From: Candidatus Microsaccharimonas sp.
GTDB taxonomy: Bacteria > Patescibacteriota > Saccharimonadia > Saccharimonadales > Saccharimonadaceae
Length of the DNA: 64,000 bases
Direction: 5' to 3'
Assembly: GCA_049304275.1 (NCBI GenBank)
Contig: JBAQNZ010000017.1
Location: 11,890-75,889, forward strand
Positions 8,731 through 18,798 of this stretch are shown here, in pieces (position 1 is the first letter of the stretch; the number at the start of each line of letters is the position of its first letter). The translations under genes and the position numbers were made by a program. Below the pieces are notes generated by a model. The model did no database searches, was not told the origin of the DNA, and saw only the letters and a program-made list of their open reading frames with translations.

Positions 8731-11352
8731 TTACTTACGGCCGGACTTACGGTTTTGGCGTTGGTTCTTTTTCTTCTTGCGCGCCGTGTTCTTTTTATGA
8801 TGCGCTTCACTAACGGTAGCGTCTTTTTTGACTGAAAATTCCTTATCGAGGTTCGATGCACCAGAGGTGATCTCGTTCACACCCTTTTCAACCGACGATT
8901 CGGCTAGCCGAGTCAGCTCGGTATCATAATCTTCATCAGTCCGTGCCAATGCGTCGCGAGGAGTAACGTGCATGACTGTTCGAAGCACTTCGTCGCGGAG
9001 CGTCGCCTGCAGACTATCGAATAGTTTCTGCGATTCACTACGGTATTCAACCAGTGGATCACGTTGTCCGACGCTACGCCAGTGAATACCATCACGAAGG
9101 TGCTGCATGTTCTCAAGGTGTTGCATCCAAAGGGTATCGAGAACCTGCAAATACACTTCGCGCTCGACTTTGCGCATCACGTCAGTTTCTAGTTCATCTT
9201 CTTTTTTCTTGTAGAATTTTTGGACGGCTTTTAGAGCCTGCTCAAATCGAGCCTTGTCATTCTTTTCCAGACCGATCACCTTCAGTGTCTTGTCGTCAAT
9301 TGGGAACACGCTCTCGAATTCATCGCGGAAGTTCTTGTTGTTCTTTGCTGGCAGTACGGTTAGTTCACGGACTTTTGCCTCAACCAGTCGTTCAAGTTCA
9401 CTTTTAATGTCTTCCCCGCTAAGGATCTTGCGACGAATCGTATACACCACGCGACGGTGTCGGTTAATCACATTGTCGTATTGCACCACGTTTTTACGAA
9501 TATCAAAGTTGAATCCCTCGACACGTTTCTGGGCGGCCTCAAGCGTCTTTGATACCATACGGTGCTGAATTGGTGTTTCATCGTCCAGGCCGATACGCTC
9601 CATTAGGGCCGAAATTCGCTCACCCTGGAAGATACGCATCAAGTCGTCTTCGGTCGAGACGTAGAATTGAGTTTCACCAGGGTCACCCTGACGTCCACCA
9701 CGACCACGAAGCTGGTTATCAATACGTCGTGATTCGTGACGCTCGGAACCAAGGACAACTAACCCGCCTAGTTCAGTCACGCCCTTACCAAGCTTAATAT
9801 CAGTACCACGACCAGCAATGTTAGTTGCCAGTGTCACCGCACCCTTTTCGCCGGCTTTGTCGACAATGGCCGCTTCACGCTCGTTGTTTTTAGCGTTCAA
9901 TAATTCATAGGGAATCTTTGCCTTGGTTAGCCAATCTGCAATCAATTCGTTTTTTGCAATCGAAGCAGAACCAACCAGAACCGGTCGTCCTTGTTTGTGA
10001 TATTCAGCGATAGCATCAGCGATTGCCTTTAATTTCGCTTTTTCGGTACGGAAAATCAGGTCTTGCTTGTCGATACGTGCGATGGGACGATTCGATGGTA
10101 CCTGAACAACTTCCAAGCTATAGATTTGTGAGAATTCTTCAGCTTCGGTAAAAGCTGTACCGGTCATTCCCGATAACTTTTTATACAAACGGAAATAGTT
10201 TTGGAAGGAAACAGTTGCTAGTGTCATGCTCTCTTGCAAGACAGGAACGTTTTCCTTAGCTTCGATTGCCTGGTGAAGACCTTCGTTATAGCGACGGCCC
10301 TGCATCAACCGTCCGGTAAACTCGTCGACAATAATCACTTCACCTTCCTTGGTGACAACGTAATCTTTGTCGCGGCGGAACAGCGTCTGGGCGCGAAGAG
10401 CTTGGTCCATGTGATAGACCGAACGGACGTATTCAGGGCTGTAGAGGTTTTTGACACCAAGGAGTCGCTGTACTTTATCGACACCATCATCGGTTAGGGC
10501 GACCATACGCCGTTTTTCATCGAGGACATAATCTTCTGGTGTCAACTTAGCTGCTACCTTCGCAAACTGTAGATAACTCTCTGGATTCTCGGCTGCTGGC
10601 GCACTAATAATAAGCGGTGTTCGCGCTTCATCGATCAAAATACTGTCTACTTCGTCGACGATCGCAAAATTCAGATCACGCTGACGCAGTAGTTCGACTT
10701 CGTTTACCATGTTGTCGCGCAGATAGTCGAATCCGAACTCGTTGTTCGTTCCATAAGTAATATCTGCCGCATAGGCTTCTTTACGAGTTGAAGGTCGAAG
10801 CTTCTTGATACGTGGATCATCGTGATCAGGATTGTCGAATGTTGGATCATACACAAATGAGGCTTCATTGATAATTACTCCAACACTCATGCCTAGAAAG
10901 TCGTACAGCTCGCCCATCCAGCCAGCGTCACGCTGGGCCAGATAGTCGTTGACGGTGACGACGTGGACACCTTTACCTTCGAGAGCATTCAGATATACTG
11001 GCAAGGTAGCGACGAGCGTCTTACCCTCACCTGTCTTCATTTCGGCGACATTTCCTTCGTGCAGGACCATACCACCAATCAACTGAACATCGAAGTGACG
11101 CATACCCATGACACGATCACTCGCCTCACGTACCAGTGCAAATGCATCTGGTAATAGGGTATCGAGCGACTGCCCTTTTTTAGAAAGCTGCTTTTTTAGA
11201 ATGTCGGTCTGTTTTCGAAGATCGGTCATTGATAACTTTTTATATGTATCGGTCAGTACATTAATGATATCGACTTTTTTTTGTAGTCGCTTAATGATCT
11301 TCTTTTGTGGGTCACCAAAAATCTTAGTGAGCGCGCCTTGCCTACTTATCAT
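8731..11352 (-). CDS. secA: Preprotein translocase ATPase SecA
   Basis: 873 aa with MKTGEGKTLV Walker A, DEVDSILIDEARTPLIIS, and TNIAGRGTDIKLG. The C-terminus is a Lys/Arg-rich tail without the Cys zinc finger. Confidence 0.95.
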   Translation of the reverse strand: MISRQGALTKIFGDPQKKIIKRLQKKVDIINVLTDTYKKLSMTDLRKQTDILKKQLSKKGQSLDTLLPDAFALVREASDRVMGMRHFDVQLIGGMVLHEGNVAEMKTGEGKTLVATLPVYLNALEGKGVHVVTVNDYLAQRDAGWMGELYDFLGMSVGVIINEASFVYDPTFDNPDHDDPRIKKLRPSTRKEAYAADITYGTNNEFGFDYLRDNMVNEVELLRQRDLNFAIVDEVDSILIDEARTPLIISAPAAENPESYLQFAKVAAKLTPEDYVLDEKRRMVALTDDGVDKVQRLLGVKNLYSPEYVRSVYHMDQALRAQTLFRRDKDYVVTKEGEVIIVDEFTGRLMQGRRYNEGLHQAIEAKENVPVLQESMTLATVSFQNYFRLYKKLSGMTGTAFTEAEEFSQIYSLEVVQVPSNRPIARIDKQDLIFRTEKAKLKAIADAIAEYHKQGRPVLVGSASIAKNELIADWLTKAKIPYELLNAKNNEREAAIVDKAGEKGAVTLATNIAGRGTDIKLGKGVTELGGLVVLGSERHESRRIDNQLRGRGGRQGDPGETQFYVSTEDDLMRIFQGERISALMERIGLDDETPIQHRMVSKTLEAAQKRVEGFNFDIRKNVVQYDNVINRHRRVVYTIRRKILSGEDIKSELERLVEAKVRELTVLPAKNNKNFRDEFESVFPIDDKTLKVIGLEKNDKARFEQALKAVQKFYKKKEDELETDVMRKVEREVYLQVLDTLWMQHLENMQHLRDGIHWRSVGQRDPLVEYRSESQKLFDSLQATLRDEVLRTVMHVTPRDALARTDEDYDTELTRLAESSVEKGVNEITSGASNLDKEFSVKKDATVSEAHHKKNTARKKKKNQRQNRKSGRK

Positions 11353-11437
11353 TGCACTCCGCCTTTTCTGAAAGTATCTTCGTAAACGTAACTCTTAGGT
11401 AATATTATACGGGGTACAAGGGTTTCAAACAAGCTAT

Positions 11438-11785
11438 TTAACGACCAGAAACGGTACGACGACGTCCAATATGCGCAATTGTTTCTTGCTTGTATTTGCG
11501 TAGCTGCGACAATAGTTTTGCTTCGACAATATCTACGGCCGCCAGCATGTTAACGGTTGAATCCTTGGCAGTCATTCGTTTATCAGGGACGTTCAAGATA
11601 ACTTCAGCCTCGTATTTGTTACCGTGATCCCTGTTCACTTGTTTTAGTTTCACGTCAACCGTAGCACTTTTTCGAGCGTGCTTTGGTAAAAAGCGGTCCA
11701 GGCGTCCTATTTTGCGCAATACGTATTTCTTCGTCGTCTCATCGATCGTGTACTTTACGCCTGACATGTCAATTGCTGCGATCAT
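11438..11785 (-). CDS. hpf: Ribosome hibernation promoting factor / RaiA family protein (short form)
   Basis: The KYVLRKIGRLDRFLP...EAEVILNVP...TAKDSTVNMLAAVDIVEAKLLSQLRKYK pattern. The ATG at 11785 is preceded by GGAGGA (plus-strand tcctcc at 11791-11796). Confidence 0.75.
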   Translation of the reverse strand: MIAAIDMSGVKYTIDETTKKYVLRKIGRLDRFLPKHARKSATVDVKLKQVNRDHGNKYEAEVILNVPDKRMTAKDSTVNMLAAVDIVEAKLLSQLRKYKQETIAHIGRRRTVSGR

Positions 11786-11864
11786 AGTATTCCTCCGCTT
11801 TTTAGTGCTTGGTACTCTTAGTATACTCCATTTGTCGCTAGTTGTCATTTGCTGGGTTATGTTA

Positions 11865-11870
11865 TATAGT
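11865..11870 (+). promoter_or_regulatory. -10 box TATAGT, 6 nt upstream of the ATG at 11877 (leaderless-type)
   Basis: Sequence tatagt-actcaa-ATG. Confidence 0.4.
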
Positions 11871-11876
11871 ACTCAA

Positions 11877-13265
11877 ATGGCATTTCCAGAGGTCGAAATT
11901 ATCGGTCCACCCACCGAGCAAGAACTTGCAGAAGCAAAACGAGCTCGCGGGTCAGTGGCTTCTTTGTATATCGAAGGGCTAGATGATACTGAACGTCAAA
12001 TGACTCTTAATCGCGCCGACGAACTATTCAAACAAGGCGGCTTCTTGCCTCGAATGGTCGCGATTACTCCTATTGCTGCGCATCAAGAACAACCGCCAAC
12101 CATCCTACAAGCACTTAGCCAATACGCTCGCCAAAAAGATGCTGGCGATTTTTCGATCATTCTTGGCCTGAATTATCCTCCCGAGGAAATGGGCAGCCCA
12201 CAAATTGCTCGTAACTATGATGCTATTTCAAAGGCTAAGAAGCGTTATCCTCGTCTCGATATTCGTGTGCTCGAAGAATGCTATGGTGACTTTACAATGG
12301 GTACGGTGCGTCGAGACTTATGGAACGCGGCGCTCGCTCTCTCTGACCGCCGAACGGCCGAAGTCGGGTTCCAAGAAACACTTGGTATGACCCATGATAT
12401 CGATTTAGTAACAATGAGCCCTCACTTTCTGTATGCAGCCCGAGGCTTTCATACCTCGACGCAACGATATGACTTCTTAGATATGACAGCGTATGCCGAA
12501 GGTCGTGCACGCCCTTTCCGTAGTCGCTCTAAACACGCTTACGATCCTCGCTTTCCAAATATTGGGCGCGCGACAGTCTGGAGTGATGCGATTAGCCTCC
12601 GTTCAGGTGGTGCGTTTGAAGCGGGGACGTTCTTCCCTTTTACCTATTATGCGAAACAAGGTGGGTATGATCCCGAACTGATCATTGCTGAAACACACGA
12701 ATTATATGACCGATCGGGTACACAGTACAGTCCAGAATTTATCGCCTACTCTGGCTTTGATAATGCGTTTACTGAAACCAGTAACCGTCGATACATTCAA
12801 GAGTTACAAACACATGGTCTGGACGGAGTATGGACCGAGGATAATTTTACAAATCGTGACGAATACCGTAGTTCTGTTGATGGATTTACCGACATATCAA
12901 AAGATGCGCTTCGTACAATCGTAAAAGGAAATATCATCGGTAGCGTCGAAAAATTGATGACGAGAAGCACATCAAATGTACTAAATGGTCGATTATCACC
13001 CGATAGCCCTGACCGTGCCGCGCTTCTTGTAAAGCAAGAACTATTATTCGTCGAACGTTTAGTCGGAGAAACACTCGACCTAAGGGAACTCACTTATTTT
13101 ATTCGTAGTGTCTTTAGTGAGCGTATCAAAGGCGCCCGCGATTATCACCTCGATCGCCTCGCAAAACTCGAAGAAGCTCGGCCGTTCGTAGAAAAATTAG
13201 TTCAAGGCGTCCTAGATGACGCTGCGACCGCCCATGAAGGGGCGAAGGACATCAGGAACACGTAG
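11877..13265 (+). CDS. Hypothetical 462-aa protein with a GT-A-like (glycosyltransferase-like) core; paralog of the C-terminal domain of the 1350-aa protein
   Basis: The long ORF's upstream part (11712-11876) is antisense to hpf, so the ATG at 11877 is preferred. The block MVAITPIAAHQEQPPTILQALSQY...FSIILGLNY...THDIDL...GGYDPELIIAETHELYDR parallels MVVIPVSAVGEPENIYKTLSMY...KILLHVNW...RNDADA...GAGSDDLTIGGR in 56030-60082. Confidence 0.5.
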   Translation: MAFPEVEIIGPPTEQELAEAKRARGSVASLYIEGLDDTERQMTLNRADELFKQGGFLPRMVAITPIAAHQEQPPTILQALSQYARQKDAGDFSIILGLNYPPEEMGSPQIARNYDAISKAKKRYPRLDIRVLEECYGDFTMGTVRRDLWNAALALSDRRTAEVGFQETLGMTHDIDLVTMSPHFLYAARGFHTSTQRYDFLDMTAYAEGRARPFRSRSKHAYDPRFPNIGRATVWSDAISLRSGGAFEAGTFFPFTYYAKQGGYDPELIIAETHELYDRSGTQYSPEFIAYSGFDNAFTETSNRRYIQELQTHGLDGVWTEDNFTNRDEYRSSVDGFTDISKDALRTIVKGNIIGSVEKLMTRSTSNVLNGRLSPDSPDRAALLVKQELLFVERLVGETLDLRELTYFIRSVFSERIKGARDYHLDRLAKLEEARPFVEKLVQGVLDDAATAHEGAKDIRNT

Positions 13266-14453
13266 CGTTCCGTCGGGGTTTTGATAGTGCTCTATAACCG
13301 CCACTAGTGAACGTGCTAGCGACACTGCGGTGCCGTTTAATGTATGGAGAATGCGAACGTTTCCATCTTCACCCCTGACGCGAATATTCAAATTGCGGGC
13401 CTGGAAGTCAGTACAGTTCGAAGCACTGGTCAATTCACGGAAGATACCGTCAACTGGTGACCAGTATTCCAGGTCGTATTTTTTACTGGCTGGTGCACCC
13501 AGATCGCCCGCGGCGATATTAATAATGTGATAAGGAATACCAAGGGCTTGCCAAATCTCTTCTTCAATCGCCAGGATTTTTTCGTGCATGTCGATACTCT
13601 GTTCAGGGGTGGTAAAAGCGTACATTTCGAGTTTATTAAATTGGTGAACCCGGAAAAGGCCACGAGCATGTTTGCCGTACGTTCCTGCTTCTTTCCTAAA
13701 TGAAGGGCTCAGGCCAACATATAGTTTCGGCAGATCTTTTTCGTCAATAATTTCATCAGCATGAAAACCTGTAATAGGGATTTCTGCGGTCGCAATCAAG
13801 GTCAGGTCTTCACCCTCGATAAAATATTCGTCGTTCTGGTCGCTGCTGCGAGGCGCAAAGCCAGTACCAGTAGCGGTTCGGCTGTTTACCATAATAGGAA
13901 CGGTCAGGAAAGTAAAACCTTTTTTGGTTACGAGTTCGAGAGCAAATTGGGTAATCGCATTTTCCAGCAAAGCTAGGTCGCCCTTCAGATAATAGAACTT
14001 TGCACCAGCTACCTTTGCACCGCGTTCAAAGTCTACCCAATCACGAGCGGTCGCAAAGTCGAGGTGATCGGTCGCACCTGTCTTGAATTCTCCCCACGTT
14101 TTAATTTCAACACTGTCCTCTTCCCCACCGATAGGAACATCTGCTTGGAGCGTATTTGGAATTGAATTCAATAGATCTTGATACGTAGTGTCGATTTCAG
14201 CAATGCGTGGTTCAATCTCGGCCAGTTGGTCTTTGATTCCTCGTACCTCATCGATGACAGTCTGCTCGGGCTGGCCCTTTAGCTGTGAAGACAATTCGTT
14301 ACGTCGTTCACGCAGGGTATCAGCCTGCTGTTGCAGCCCGCGACGCTCTTCATCGACAGCAAGAAGTTTGTCGATATCGACAGTGTAGCCCTTTTTCTGG
14401 GCATGGTCAGAGACGAGGTCCTTGTTCTCCCGAATAAAACGTATGTCTAACAT
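13212..14453 (-). CDS. serS: Seryl-tRNA synthetase
   Basis: N-terminal coiled-coil arm MLDIRFIRENKD and class II motifs (FRKEAG, RVHQFNKLE, GTAVSLARSLVA). 413 aa. Confidence 0.95.
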   Translation of the reverse strand: MLDIRFIRENKDLVSDHAQKKGYTVDIDKLLAVDEERRGLQQQADTLRERRNELSSQLKGQPEQTVIDEVRGIKDQLAEIEPRIAEIDTTYQDLLNSIPNTLQADVPIGGEEDSVEIKTWGEFKTGATDHLDFATARDWVDFERGAKVAGAKFYYLKGDLALLENAITQFALELVTKKGFTFLTVPIMVNSRTATGTGFAPRSSDQNDEYFIEGEDLTLIATAEIPITGFHADEIIDEKDLPKLYVGLSPSFRKEAGTYGKHARGLFRVHQFNKLEMYAFTTPEQSIDMHEKILAIEEEIWQALGIPYHIINIAAGDLGAPASKKYDLEYWSPVDGIFRELTSASNCTDFQARNLNIRVRGEDGNVRILHTLNGTAVSLARSLVAVIEHYQNPDGTLRVPDVLRPFMGGRSVI

Positions 14454-14493
14454 CGGTTATATTGTATCAAGCTTTGTCATTTTTGAGTATGTT

Positions 14494-15849
14494 CTATTCA
14501 GTCCGCAGCGCTTCAATTGGGTCGAGCTTGGCTGCTTTTCGGGCTGGGAAGAAACCGGCCAACATAGCAATCGCCATCAAGACAATCACCAGTAGCACAA
14601 CGGCAACCGGCTGGAAAATGAGAAGATAGTTGCCCTCACCTAGGGTAAGGATCTCGGTAATCCAAGGATTTAATAGTGTTCCTGCAATCACCGCAAAGAC
14701 CGATCCAATAACACCGCCCAAGAATCCGATCCAAGCCGCTTCGAACAAGAACAGCAAACTGACGTGGAAGCCACGCATACCAAGGGCTTTCATCAAGCCA
14801 ATTTCACGGGTTCGTTCAAGCACTGAAATGTACTGAGTATTGATAATTCCAAAGATACTAGTGATCAGCGCCAGAATACCAAACCCAATCACGATCCCCT
14901 GAAGAATATTGATAATGGTAAACAGTAGTCCCTGAAGGTCTTTTGCTGTCTGAACACCGTAGCCTTCGGCTACCAATGCTTCCTTTACTTTAGCTGGGTC
15001 GACACCCTCTTTGACACTGGCGATGGCAATGGCATATTTTTGGTAACCTGACGTACCAAGGGTACTAAAGTCAGAGAGCTCTTTCGCAAGAGTATTACTC
15101 ACCTGCAAGCTCGTTGTTGCCGTCAGTGACGTTGCTGACTTACCCACTACCGCAACAACTTTAAACGTGACATCTTTCAGTTCAGGCTTGCTGAGGGCTT
15201 CAACAGCGACGGGGCCCTCTGCGACAGCCTTTTGGATTTGCTCTTGGGTTAATGTTGGTGTACGTGATAAATGAAGTGTAACGTTTTGACCGACAGCCGA
15301 GGCGGCGTCTTTGAATCCAAGTAAACTAACGTACACATCTGGCAAGGCAATTTCGTCGTCCTTAATAGAAGTTCGGAGTGCCGGTAACGTTCCGGCGGTG
15401 ACTGTCTGTGTCACGCCCGCATCGTACTGCGATACCGTTGCCGTATATTTCTTATCATTCGCACCAGTAATGTATTTCACGCTAATGACGTACTGCGGAT
15501 ATACCGAGACAATGTCATCACGAGCAGCGATTGTATCGATGTCTGACTGACCCAGCTGTTTAACTGACACACCGGTTGGACGGGTCAGCAAGTTATCGCC
15601 TTCTTTGTATTCTTGGGGACCAGACTGACCACCCTGAAAGAAACTAGGATCTTTGGCAATTGCCAAAATTTGCGGATCAATGTTACTGGTCAGTAGTGTA
15701 TCGGCATATTCGCGTGCGCCCTGTCCCGCTGCGAGTGCGAGGGTCAAAGTAAACGCACCAACGCCGATCGCAAGGCTCGTTAAGATAGTTCGGGCTTTGG
15801 CATTTTTGAGACTACGACCAGCACGTCGGACAATATCAATAATTTTCAT
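14494..15849 (-). CDS. ABC transporter permease, MacB/FtsX-like, with a large periplasmic-type loop
   Basis: N-terminal TM, a roughly 270-aa loop, then three C-terminal TMs ending in PARKAAKLDPIEALRTE, which is typical of the FtsX/MacB family. Overlaps the ATPase gene by 4 nt. Confidence 0.8.
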   Translation of the reverse strand: MKIIDIVRRAGRSLKNAKARTILTSLAIGVGAFTLTLALAAGQGAREYADTLLTSNIDPQILAIAKDPSFFQGGQSGPQEYKEGDNLLTRPTGVSVKQLGQSDIDTIAARDDIVSVYPQYVISVKYITGANDKKYTATVSQYDAGVTQTVTAGTLPALRTSIKDDEIALPDVYVSLLGFKDAASAVGQNVTLHLSRTPTLTQEQIQKAVAEGPVAVEALSKPELKDVTFKVVAVVGKSATSLTATTSLQVSNTLAKELSDFSTLGTSGYQKYAIAIASVKEGVDPAKVKEALVAEGYGVQTAKDLQGLLFTIINILQGIVIGFGILALITSIFGIINTQYISVLERTREIGLMKALGMRGFHVSLLFLFEAAWIGFLGGVIGSVFAVIAGTLLNPWITEILTLGEGNYLLIFQPVAVVLLVIVLMAIAMLAGFFPARKAAKLDPIEALRTE

Positions 15850-16532
15850 TTCTTTTTTCCTCCGACAATACGGTCAATTTTGCCATCCTTCACATAAATC
15901 TTCATGTCACATTTTTTGGCCAAGTCCTCGTCATGTGTCACAATCACCAAGGTACTTCCCCCCTGTTTATTCAAACTGAATAATAGTTTTTCGATCGTCG
16001 CACCCGTTTGCGTATCAAGGTTACCGGTTGGCTCGTCGGCAAAAATAATACGTGGCGTATTGACAATTGCCCGCGCAATTGCCAAGCGTTGTTTCTGACC
16101 ACCCGATAAATTTCCGGCTTTTTGCTTTTCTTTTTCACTCAGTTCAACGACGCGTAGCGCCTCACGAACTCGGCTTCTGCGTGACATCAAAGAGACATTG
16201 GCGATCTCGAGAGGAACCGCCACGTTTTCATAGACCGTTTCGTTGGCTTGGATAAAAAAGGCTTGGAAAATGAACCCTATTTTTTCAGAACGAAACCGGT
16301 CAACGGCTTTTGATTTTAGTTTTAGGATATCGACGCCATCAATCAGCACCTGACCAACCTCAGGGTGGTCAAGGCCACTCATGACGTGCATTAAGGTTGA
16401 TTTTCCTGAACCGGATTTTCCAACAATAGCAACACTGGCGCCATCAGGAATCGTAAAGTTAACATCATCAAGTGCTTTGAACAAACTCTGCTTCTTGCCG
16501 TACGTCTTAGTAAGGTGTTTAATTTCAATCAT
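15846..16532 (-). CDS. ABC transporter ATP-binding protein (MacB/LolD-like)
   Basis: Walker A GKSGSGKST, signature LSGGQKQR, Walker B IIFADEPT. Confidence 0.9.
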   Translation of the reverse strand: MIEIKHLTKTYGKKQSLFKALDDVNFTIPDGASVAIVGKSGSGKSTLMHVMSGLDHPEVGQVLIDGVDILKLKSKAVDRFRSEKIGFIFQAFFIQANETVYENVAVPLEIANVSLMSRRSRVREALRVVELSEKEKQKAGNLSGGQKQRLAIARAIVNTPRIIFADEPTGNLDTQTGATIEKLLFSLNKQGGSTLVIVTHDEDLAKKCDMKIYVKDGKIDRIVGGKKK

Positions 16533-16545
16533 CTGTATCTACTAT

Positions 16546-16585
16546 AAAGTAAAGCCACAAGCTTTAATAGCTGTGGCTTTACTTT
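16546..16585 (-). terminator. Hairpin terminator after the FMN reductase gene
   Basis: aaagtaaagccaca / tgtggctttacttt forms a perfect 14-bp stem with a 12-nt loop. On the minus strand it ends in UUU. Confidence 0.6.
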
Positions 16586-16598
16586 ATGAAAATGTTTA

Positions 16599-17144
16599 TT
16601 ATTTTTTAAAAAATGCGACGTGAGCTTCGAGTTTAGCGACGAAGTCGGTTAAATGCTCTTTCATGTGGTCTTCAATGACGCCCTCAGCGTTGTGTACAGG
16701 GTTAAACGCACCAATATAAAGTTCTGGCTGACCCATAACGTGCATATTTAGATAGAGTAATGTCGCCCGTAGCTGGCCTTGTGATGCAACGGTTCCCCAT
16801 GGTGATCCTGTCGAACCGGTAACAGCAGCTGGTTTATACTCCCACGAGTTCTGCCCGTATGGACGTGAAGCCCAGTCAATTGCGTTCTTCATGACCCCTG
16901 GAATTGCACGATTATACTCTGGCGCAATAAATAGCACACCATCTGCAGATTCGATATCAGCCTTTAATTTTTTCACGCTCGCAGGGACATCAGTTTCCAT
17001 ATCTTGATCAAAAATTGGTACTTCCGATATGTCCAAGTGAACAAATTCGACATCTTCCGAGCTAAACTCCTCAATTGTATCTGCTAATTTTCTATTCATT
17101 GAGTCAGCGCGAAGGCTACCTACAAGTACGGCGATTTTGGTCAT
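16599..17144 (-). CDS. NAD(P)H-dependent FMN reductase family protein
   Basis: MTKIAVLVGSLRADSMNRKLA N-terminus and the DGVLFIAPEYNRAIPGVMKNAIDWASR motif. Confidence 0.75.
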   Translation of the reverse strand: MTKIAVLVGSLRADSMNRKLADTIEEFSSEDVEFVHLDISEVPIFDQDMETDVPASVKKLKADIESADGVLFIAPEYNRAIPGVMKNAIDWASRPYGQNSWEYKPAAVTGSTGSPWGTVASQGQLRATLLYLNMHVMGQPELYIGAFNPVHNAEGVIEDHMKEHLTDFVAKLEAHVAFFKK

Positions 17145-17221
17145 TGTTTCCCCTTTTGTTTTAATACTATATTTAGGATAGCATTACTACATAAAGAATA
17201 GTGTTGTGGGTTAAACAATAT

Positions 17222-18745
17222 TTAGTCGAAGTGAACGTCGGGGTAAATACTTTTGGTTACTTCGTCGTATTCATGACGAAGCTGAGGGAATGGTACACCT
17301 TCGCGCGCAGTCACTCCTTCAAATATCCAGAATAATCGTTCGCTATAGCTAAAGCCACAGGTTGGAGGAATACCGTATTCCAACATTTCCACAAAGTCAA
17401 TATCCAGCATCATTGCTTCGTCGTCCCCTGCTTTTCGCATCTGCTCTTGTTCAAGGAAACGTTCTAGTTGGTCGATCGGGTCGTTTAATTCTGAAAAGTT
17501 ATTACCCAGTTCCGAACCGGCAATCACTGGCTGGAAACGTTGGGTGGTACGGGGATCGTCCAGATTTGTTTTTGCTAGCGGACTAACAAATAGTGGTGTA
17601 TTAATCAGCCAGACCGGACCAGTAACGTCCTTGCGGATATTTTTCCAAAGCTTGTCGATACCACGCGCCTTGTTATCTGCTTGTTCGACTTCGAGTTTAT
17701 TGTCTTTCAACGCTTTTTGAACCTCTTCTAGGCTCGCTTCATAGATATCTAGGTTATACCGCTTCTTGATCGTTTCAGCATAGTCCCAGTGTTCCCATTT
17801 CTGATCAAGGTCAATGTCGAATTTACCCAGCTTGAATTGCAAGGTACCGAACGTTTCTTTCAACACGTATTTCATCATGTCTTCTTGGAACTTGATTCCC
17901 TCTTTCCAACTGGCATAGGCCCAGTAATATTCCAGTGCGACATGTTCAGGTAAGTGTTCGTCGCTGTAGTTTTCGTTTCTGAAACGAGGCCCCAGATCAT
18001 AGACTTTTTCGAACCCAGCACCAATGAGACGTTTCAATGGAAGTTCATGGCTAATACGCAGGTAGAAATCTTCGTCGAGCGCATCCATATGCGTCACAAA
18101 TGGGTTGGCGTCTGCCCCACCGGTAGTGTGTTCAAGGACGGGGATATTTACTTCGATAAAGCCATGATCGTCGAGGTATTTTCGGGTTGCTTTCCAGAAT
18201 TTAGAGCGACGAACAAAGCGGTCACGAACATCTGGGTTCACGTTCATATCGACGTAACGGCGACGCATGCGCTCTTCAATATTCGTAAAGCCCTCGATTG
18301 CGTTTGGCATTGGACGAAGTGACTTGGTGAGGAGATTCAGTTGGGTGGTAAAAATAGAAATTTCACCACTCTGACTCTTATCGATTGTTCCAGTCGCTTC
18401 GATAAAGTCGCCCGTATCAAGCAACGGAAGGTCTTCAATACCCAGTTGGTTGTTGGCGATATCGCGCGGCTGAACCCCAGCCTCGTTCAAATACAGTTGA
18501 ATCGAGCCACTAAAATCCTTGACAACAATGAATGCGAGCTTTCCAAATTTTCGAATCGCGGTAATACGACCAGCAACCGTCGCAGTCTGGCCAGATAATT
18601 TCTCAAAATCTTTAACAATATCACCAGCATTGTGCGTGCGATGACTATCAGCCGGATACGGGTTAAACCCCAGTTCCTTGAGTCGTTCTAGTTTTCGAAG
18701 TCGCTCGTCACGAAAGTCTTTTAATGTCGCCATAACAGATGTCAT
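17222..18745 (-). CDS. lysS: Lysyl-tRNA synthetase, class II
   Basis: OB-fold N-domain followed by a class II core (FRNE, GGADANPF, and EMLEYGIPPTCGFSYSERL). Confidence 0.9.
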   Translation of the reverse strand: MTSVMATLKDFRDERLRKLERLKELGFNPYPADSHRTHNAGDIVKDFEKLSGQTATVAGRITAIRKFGKLAFIVVKDFSGSIQLYLNEAGVQPRDIANNQLGIEDLPLLDTGDFIEATGTIDKSQSGEISIFTTQLNLLTKSLRPMPNAIEGFTNIEERMRRRYVDMNVNPDVRDRFVRRSKFWKATRKYLDDHGFIEVNIPVLEHTTGGADANPFVTHMDALDEDFYLRISHELPLKRLIGAGFEKVYDLGPRFRNENYSDEHLPEHVALEYYWAYASWKEGIKFQEDMMKYVLKETFGTLQFKLGKFDIDLDQKWEHWDYAETIKKRYNLDIYEASLEEVQKALKDNKLEVEQADNKARGIDKLWKNIRKDVTGPVWLINTPLFVSPLAKTNLDDPRTTQRFQPVIAGSELGNNFSELNDPIDQLERFLEQEQMRKAGDDEAMMLDIDFVEMLEYGIPPTCGFSYSERLFWIFEGVTAREGVPFPQLRHEYDEVTKSIYPDVHFD

Positions 18746-18798
18746 TATATCACAATCGACACCATGTCTAAGGGTGAATTAATCGAATTGTTACCAGA

